Source: Armatimonadota bacterium (lineage in GTDB: Bacteria; Armatimonadota; SYMT01). From it: 64,000 nt of DNA. Positions within the stretch are counted from its first letter, which is position 1. The number at the start of each line of letters is the position of its first letter. This document shows, one piece after another, positions 59,541 through 64,000 of the stretch. Location: assembly GCA_041690135.1 (NCBI GenBank), contig JAWLHY010000003.1:480001-544000 (forward strand), written 5' to 3'. The notes under the pieces were generated by a model that saw nothing but the letters and a program-made list of their open reading frames with translations, made no database searches and was not told where the DNA came from. The translations under genes were made by a program, and so were the position numbers.

Positions 59541-62175
59541 TAACGGCGCCCAGCGTGAGCAGCGTGAAGAAGAGGCCCACGCGAAACGGCGCGGGTGCGT
59601 AGACCAGTTCTACCCGGTGCTGCCCCGCTTCCAGCGGAATACCCATCAGTAGGTGATCGGCGGGGACTACCCGTTCCGGCCGGCCGTCCACCCGGGCGCG
59701 CCACGCCGGGTCGAACTGCTCCGCTACCACCAGCAGTCCTGGCTGCGGGGCCGTCCCTTCCAGGACCAACCGGTTGCTGTTGACCCGCCGGACCTGGAAC
59801 GGGGTCACCGTGGGTGGGCCTTCGTACGCCGGCGCATTCGGACCGCTGGTCAGCGCGATCCGGACGAAGCGGTCGGGATGGGAGAGGTTCTCCAGCACCG
59901 CATCCTGGGTCGGTAGGGCCTGGACGTTGGTGTGGAGCCGCGCGTAGGGGAGGGCGCCGGGGTCTTCCTGCACGGCCGTCCCCACGAAAGGCTTGTTGCC
60001 GGGGAACAGCTCGCGGGCGCCGGTGAGGTAGTAGCGCACCCCTACCGCCTCCAGGCCGCCCATGCCCGGCCGCGCCCAAGGACCCGCTCCCCCTGCCGCC
60101 TGGGTCATGGCCGTCTCCCACTGCCGGTAGCGCCGGGTGACGAACGAGTCACTACCCGCGATGTCCGGCAAGCCGAATGTAGCGGGCAGGTTGGAAGGCA
60201 TCCACTGGTTGAAGCTCCCCCGCTGCCCGTCCGGTCCGACGGAGAGGAAGCGATAGGCTTCCGGCGCCTCCTGCAGCGCCCGGATCTCCGGTGTCACTAC
60301 ATGGGCCAGGGCAGGATCGGTGGCCGGGTTGAACGTGCCTCCGAAGGCGAACAGGTCGGCGGTCACCACCAGGGCGACCAGCCCGCCCACTAACGCGGGT
60401 TTCAGGGGAGACCGCCGGCTAAAGGCGAACAATCCCAGCAGCAGCACCGGCGCGGCCATCCACAGCAACGCCAGCAACAGGTCGCGGGTCGCCAGGGAAT
60501 CGACGGAAGCCCGGCCCTGGGCGGCGAGGAACTGCTGCACCCCCTCCGGCGCGGCGCCCCCGAAGATGAAGTGACCCACCGCGGCAATCGCCCCCAGCAC
60601 CACCGCCGCAATCGCCATCCCTTTCACCGCCGGCTGACCGGTTGCAGGCGTCTCCTCTCCTGCTTCCCGCGCACCCAGCACCGCATGCACCCCGAGCGCG
60701 GCCAGGCAGGCCAATGGCCACGCGGCCACGCAGAGGATCCGCGCCATCGCCGTGAACTGCCCAAAAACGGGCAGCCACCACAAGAGCTTGTAGAGCGGCG
60801 TCCCCATCGCCCAGAGTACCGCCAGCACCGTCAGGACCAGGGAGAAACGGGCAAGCAACGGCAGTAGGGAAGTGTGGGAGTATGGAAGTGTGGGGGATGG
60901 TGGGTGCTCGGGTGTTCGGGTGTTCAGGTGCTCAGGTGTTCGGGTGTTCGGGTGTTCGGGTGTTCGGGTGTTCAGGCGTTCGGCGTTCAGGTGTTCAGGC
61001 GTAGTTCCCCCCTGCCCACTGCCTTCTGCTTTCTGCCTTCTGCTTTCTCCTCTGCGGCCCTCTGCGGTCCTTTGCGTCTCTGCGGTAAGTTGGCCCCGAC
61101 GCAGCAGCACCAGGCCGCCGACGGCGAGGACGAGCACCGATACACCGGGGTAGAACGTCCGCTCCACGAATGCCAGGCCCGCGTGGCCATCCAGCGGCAG
61201 CCAGCTCTGCTGGGCGAACTGGGCGGTGCCGTCGCCAAAGAGGCGGGGGAGGAGCAGAGTCCAGAACTGCGCGGGAGGCATGGACGTCCCCTGCACCGCC
61301 TCCCAGGGGATGCGCCCGGCGCGGTCGGTCCGGGGCACGAAATCGAGCGCGGGAAGGAGGTGCCCCAGTGCGAGACCACCGGCCAGAAGCAGTGGGAGAC
61401 CGAGCCCACGGAACAGCGTGGGGAGCGGGCGAGGACCGGCGAGCGCCCGGACCAGCACCCATGCACCCCATGTCAGGAAAACGTAGGCGGAGCTCTGGGC
61501 GTGGCCGCCCAGGAGGTTGAGGCCCAGCACCAGGCCGGACGCGGACAACCACCGAACGTCCCGGTCCTGGTGGCCGCGCTCCCAGCAGTAGAGGGCCAGG
61601 GGAAGCCAGCAGAGGGTCCACTGGGTCACGTTGGGATACGCCAGCCAGACGATGATGAACCCGTTGAAAGTAAAGGCCACCGCGCCGGTCGCCGCCGCCG
61701 CGCGGCCCAGGCCCAAAAGGCGCAGAAAGAGGAACCCGCCGACCGCCGCCGCAGAAAGGTGGAGCAGCGCGGACCACCCGAACTGCAGTGCCGGGGGGAA
61801 CAGGGCCAGAAGCCAGGTGGGTGGGTAAAGGACGGCTCCCTGCTGCGCACCTACAAACGGGCTGCCGCCGTAGACGTGCGGCTCCCACAGCGGCAGCCAG
61901 CCGCCCTGCAGCGCCTCCTGCATGTGGACCCGGCGCGGGTAGTACTGCTGCAGCGCGTCGAGCAGCGGGTTATGCGCCGGGGGCAGAGAACCCCACAACT
62001 CGCGCGCGTGCCGGACCCAGGGCTGGAACACCGGGATCAGGTCCAACGGCAGCAGCGAGCGCCCCAGGAAGACGTACGGGAACAGGAAGAGGGCAACGAG
62101 CAGGACTAGGAGGAGCGGTATAACGGGGAACCTCCGGCCTTCCCTCCCCTGCGGTGGCGGCGATGTCTCTGCCAT
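59506..62175 (-). CDS. YfhO family membrane protein (putative GT-C glycosyltransferase)
   Basis: LPLWEPHVYGGSP, VLYP, many TM helices, C-terminal EQFDPAWRARVDG...GQHRVELVYAP. Confidence 0.88.
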   Translation of the reverse strand: MAETSPPPQGREGRRFPVIPLLLVLLVALFLFPYVFLGRSLLPLDLIPVFQPWVRHARELWGSLPPAHNPLLDALQQYYPRRVHMQEALQGGWLPLWEPHVYGGSPFVGAQQGAVLYPPTWLLALFPPALQFGWSALLHLSAAAVGGFLFLRLLGLGRAAAATGAVAFTFNGFIIVWLAYPNVTQWTLCWLPLALYCWERGHQDRDVRWLSASGLVLGLNLLGGHAQSSAYVFLTWGAWVLVRALAGPRPLPTLFRGLGLPLLLAGGLALGHLLPALDFVPRTDRAGRIPWEAVQGTSMPPAQFWTLLLPRLFGDGTAQFAQQSWLPLDGHAGLAFVERTFYPGVSVLVLAVGGLVLLRRGQLTAETQRTAEGRRGESRRQKAEGSGQGGTTPEHLNAERLNTRTPEHPNTRTPEHLNTRTPEHPPSPTLPYSHTSLLPLLARFSLVLTVLAVLWAMGTPLYKLLWWLPVFGQFTAMARILCVAAWPLACLAALGVHAVLGAREAGEETPATGQPAVKGMAIAAVVLGAIAAVGHFIFGGAAPEGVQQFLAAQGRASVDSLATRDLLLALLWMAAPVLLLGLFAFSRRSPLKPALVGGLVALVVTADLFAFGGTFNPATDPALAHVVTPEIRALQEAPEAYRFLSVGPDGQRGSFNQWMPSNLPATFGLPDIAGSDSFVTRRYRQWETAMTQAAGGAGPWARPGMGGLEAVGVRYYLTGARELFPGNKPFVGTAVQEDPGALPYARLHTNVQALPTQDAVLENLSHPDRFVRIALTSGPNAPAYEGPPTVTPFQVRRVNSNRLVLEGTAPQPGLLVVAEQFDPAWRARVDGRPERVVPADHLLMGIPLEAGQHRVELVYAPAPFRVGLFFTLLTLGAVTTLLIAARRRP
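60868..61089. repeat. In-frame composite of four short tandem-repeat types inside yfhO
   Basis: 8-mer GGRAGTRT x3-4, 8-mer GGTGTTCR x12, 7-mer CTGCYTT x5, ~9-mer CCTCTGCGG x4. Confidence 0.9.
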
Positions 62176-62180
62176 GGGTC

Positions 62181-62999
62181 CTAAATGGGGAACAGACGGG
62201 CCAGTTCCTCGGCAGAGGGCTGCCGGCCGTACTCGCTGATCTGGTAGGCTTCGGCGAAGCGGCAGTGTTCCGGTACCCGCTCCGGCGCCAGTTCCCGGCA
62301 CCCGTCGGCTACCCGGCGGCCCCGGTCCTCCATCCACGTGCGGGCGAAGCGGACGCGCGCCTCGGGGTCCTCCGGCACCTGGGCGAGGATGCCCAGGTTG
62401 TACGGCAGCCACTCGTACATCTGCGAGACGTGCTGGCGGGTGATCTCCACCTTCACATCGAGCACATCATCGATCGGCACCACCACGTCGGGGCGAAAAA
62501 GCCCGCCCTCGCGGAAGCGGTCGAACCAATAGGCGAACACCGGCATCCGGTCGAGGTGGCGCACGTCCGGGCACATCGGCGGGACCGTCAGCATGAAGGT
62601 CGCGTCCAGGACGAGTTGCGCGGTGTAGCGGTGGTCCCGGTGATAGTCATTTGGCCGGTTGACGAGGACGAGATCCGGTCCCTGGCCTTCCGGTCCCCAG
62701 GAGCGGATCAGGCGGATCATCCGCTCCGTCAGCTCCTCGGTCACGTAAACGGAGCCGTCGTGAACGTCCAGACTCTCGAACTCCCCGCCGAACACCTCCA
62801 CGGCGTGGCGATTCTCTTCCATCCGGCGCGCGGCCAGGGCGGCGCGGTCCTGGATGTACTCGGGATAGTAGTGGCCGCGGTCGCCGTTGGTCACGGAGAC
62901 GAACTTGACGCGGTCACCCCGCTGCGCGAAGAGGGCGGCAGTACCGCCGCAGGAGAAATCAGCGTCGTCGGGATGCGCCCCGATAAAGAGAACGTGCAT
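62181..62999 (-). CDS. PIG-L / LmbE family N-acetyl deacetylase
   Basis: IGAHPDD, VTNGDRG, DYHRDH, RQHVSQ. Confidence 0.9.
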   Translation of the reverse strand: MHVLFIGAHPDDADFSCGGTAALFAQRGDRVKFVSVTNGDRGHYYPEYIQDRAALAARRMEENRHAVEVFGGEFESLDVHDGSVYVTEELTERMIRLIRSWGPEGQGPDLVLVNRPNDYHRDHRYTAQLVLDATFMLTVPPMCPDVRHLDRMPVFAYWFDRFREGGLFRPDVVVPIDDVLDVKVEITRQHVSQMYEWLPYNLGILAQVPEDPEARVRFARTWMEDRGRRVADGCRELAPERVPEHCRFAEAYQISEYGRQPSAEELARLFPI

Positions 63000-63340
63000 G
63001 CGAAAGTCTGTACTGGGCTGGGACGCCACCTGCGACAGGCAGGCGTCGGAGACTACCGAACGGGTTCTGTCGATAGAGGTTCGCCGGATCCCCTGTGAGT
63101 GCCTCCCAAACGCGGACCCGAACCGCCGCCGATGCCGTGCCCTTGCCTCCGCTATTCAAGTCTCTTCAATAGCCGTTCGGCCTATTAAAGATTTGCCCGC
63201 AATTTTAGATAGCAGCGGGACAACCATCAAGCGCGTCATCCATCCACCCGAGCCCCCGCGGCTCGATCCTGAGATTCGGGTTCGGTGTTCCGCGTCGTGA
63301 TCGATCCTGACGGCGATTCTCCTTCCTCTCCGTGGTTCGG

Positions 63341-63398
63341 ATCTCCTTATCCTTATCCTCATCCTTATCTTCATCCGCCCTCATCCTTATCCTTATCC
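63341..63398. repeat. 6-bp tandem repeat tract (TyATCC)
   Basis: TTATCC TTATCC TCATCC TTATCT TCATCC ... TCATCC TTATCC TTATCC. Confidence 0.8.
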
Positions 63399-63498
63399 CG
63401 TCCACACCGGGGTTTAGCCGTTCTCCCGTGGGGGAAGGCGTGAATGGACGCCCCTCCACCATCCATTCGGGCGGCGTCGGGGGAGCAACACAGGCTGC

Positions 63499-64000
63499 AT
63501 GGATCGGCGGCACCTTCTCAAAGTGATCGGCGCGGGAGGCGCCGCGGCGACGGCGGCCACGGTGGGCGGCTGCGGCGGCTCGGGCACGGGCGAGCGTCTC
63601 ATCCCCTACCTCATTCCGGTGGAAGACCTCCAGCCGGGGGTCTCCGTGGAGTACGCCACCGTCTGCCGGGAGTGCCCGGCGGGGTGCGGGATGATCGTCC
63701 AGGCCCGCGACGGGCGGGCACACAAGGTGGAGGGCAATCCCGAACACCCGCTGAACCGGGGAACCCTGTGCCTGCGCGGCCAAACGGCGCTGCAAGACCT
63801 CTATCACCCGGACCGCATCCGGCAGCCGCTGGCCCGCGACCGCTTCGGGAGGCTGGTTCCCGTATCCTGGACGGAGGCGGAGCGACTCTTCGACTCGGCG
63901 GTGGCGGGTGTGGGGGGTGGACGAGCGGTCTGGTTCGGGCGCCTCGATACTGGACCTTTCGACCGCCTGGTGGACGAGTGGCTAGGTGCGATGGCGCCCA
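63499..64000 (+). CDS. Tat-exported molybdopterin-oxidoreductase-family subunit (ActB/QrcB-like), partial
   Basis: Manual translation MDRRHLLKVIG...VGGC...ERLIPYL...YATVCRECPAGCG...KVEGNPEHPLNRGTLCLRGQ...YHPDR; runs off the window end and is not in the ORF track. Confidence 0.85.
   Translation, partial: MDRRHLLKVIGAGGAAATAATVGGCGGSGTGERLIPYLIPVEDLQPGVSVEYATVCRECPAGCGMIVQARDGRAHKVEGNPEHPLNRGTLCLRGQTALQDLYHPDRIRQPLARDRFGRLVPVSWTEAERLFDSAVAGVGGGRAVWFGRLDTGPFDRLVDEWLGAMAP

Noticed and set aside
62176-62412. Extended N-terminus of YfhO given by the ORF track (similar extensions at 12443, 13856, 23092, 25178, 25889, 30801, 58835)
   Set aside because: These extensions overlap neighbours or regulatory DNA; downstream starts fit domain boundaries better and most have an RBS.

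Overview
High-GC bacterial window with about 43 protein genes. Gene content (short GFTLVE pilin, several PQQ/BamB-like propellers, GHL10, YfhO, Rpn-like remnants) suggests Armatimonadota or a similar lineage; this is inference only. In order: Tat-exported PhoD-like phosphatase; four PQQ-like beta-propellers around a GT2; squalene-hopene cyclase; GHL10, serine hydrolase and FkbM; SSS transporter plus class III aminotransferase; vWA lipoprotein cluster; LysR; pilin; a stress/redox/copper block (USP, histidine kinase, MBL-rhodanese, ion channel, VKOR-SPW, CsoR, DUF4186, CopZ, cupredoxin, CopA with CsoR operators); a tandem pair of S8 subtilases; sialidase fusion; ankyrin protein; DEAD-box helicase; REP/BIME-like cluster; HEAT protein; TetR-RND-MFP operon with promoter and operator; M15 peptidase; YfhO; PIG-L deacetylase; and the start of a Tat molybdopterin-family (ActB/QrcB-like) gene. 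No rRNA, tRNA or CRISPR array was seen. Most unusual signals: (1) a dispersed family of 6-9 bp tandem-repeat tracts, often as inverted arm pairs, which also sit in-frame inside yfhO (four repeat types stacked) and the RND gene; (2) an active subtilase followed by an intact paralog that has lost the catalytic His, Ser and oxyanion Asn, neither with a visible prodomain; (3) two Rpn-like genes that appear to have lost the nuclease core, one keeping an intact, separately translatable C-terminal ORF.
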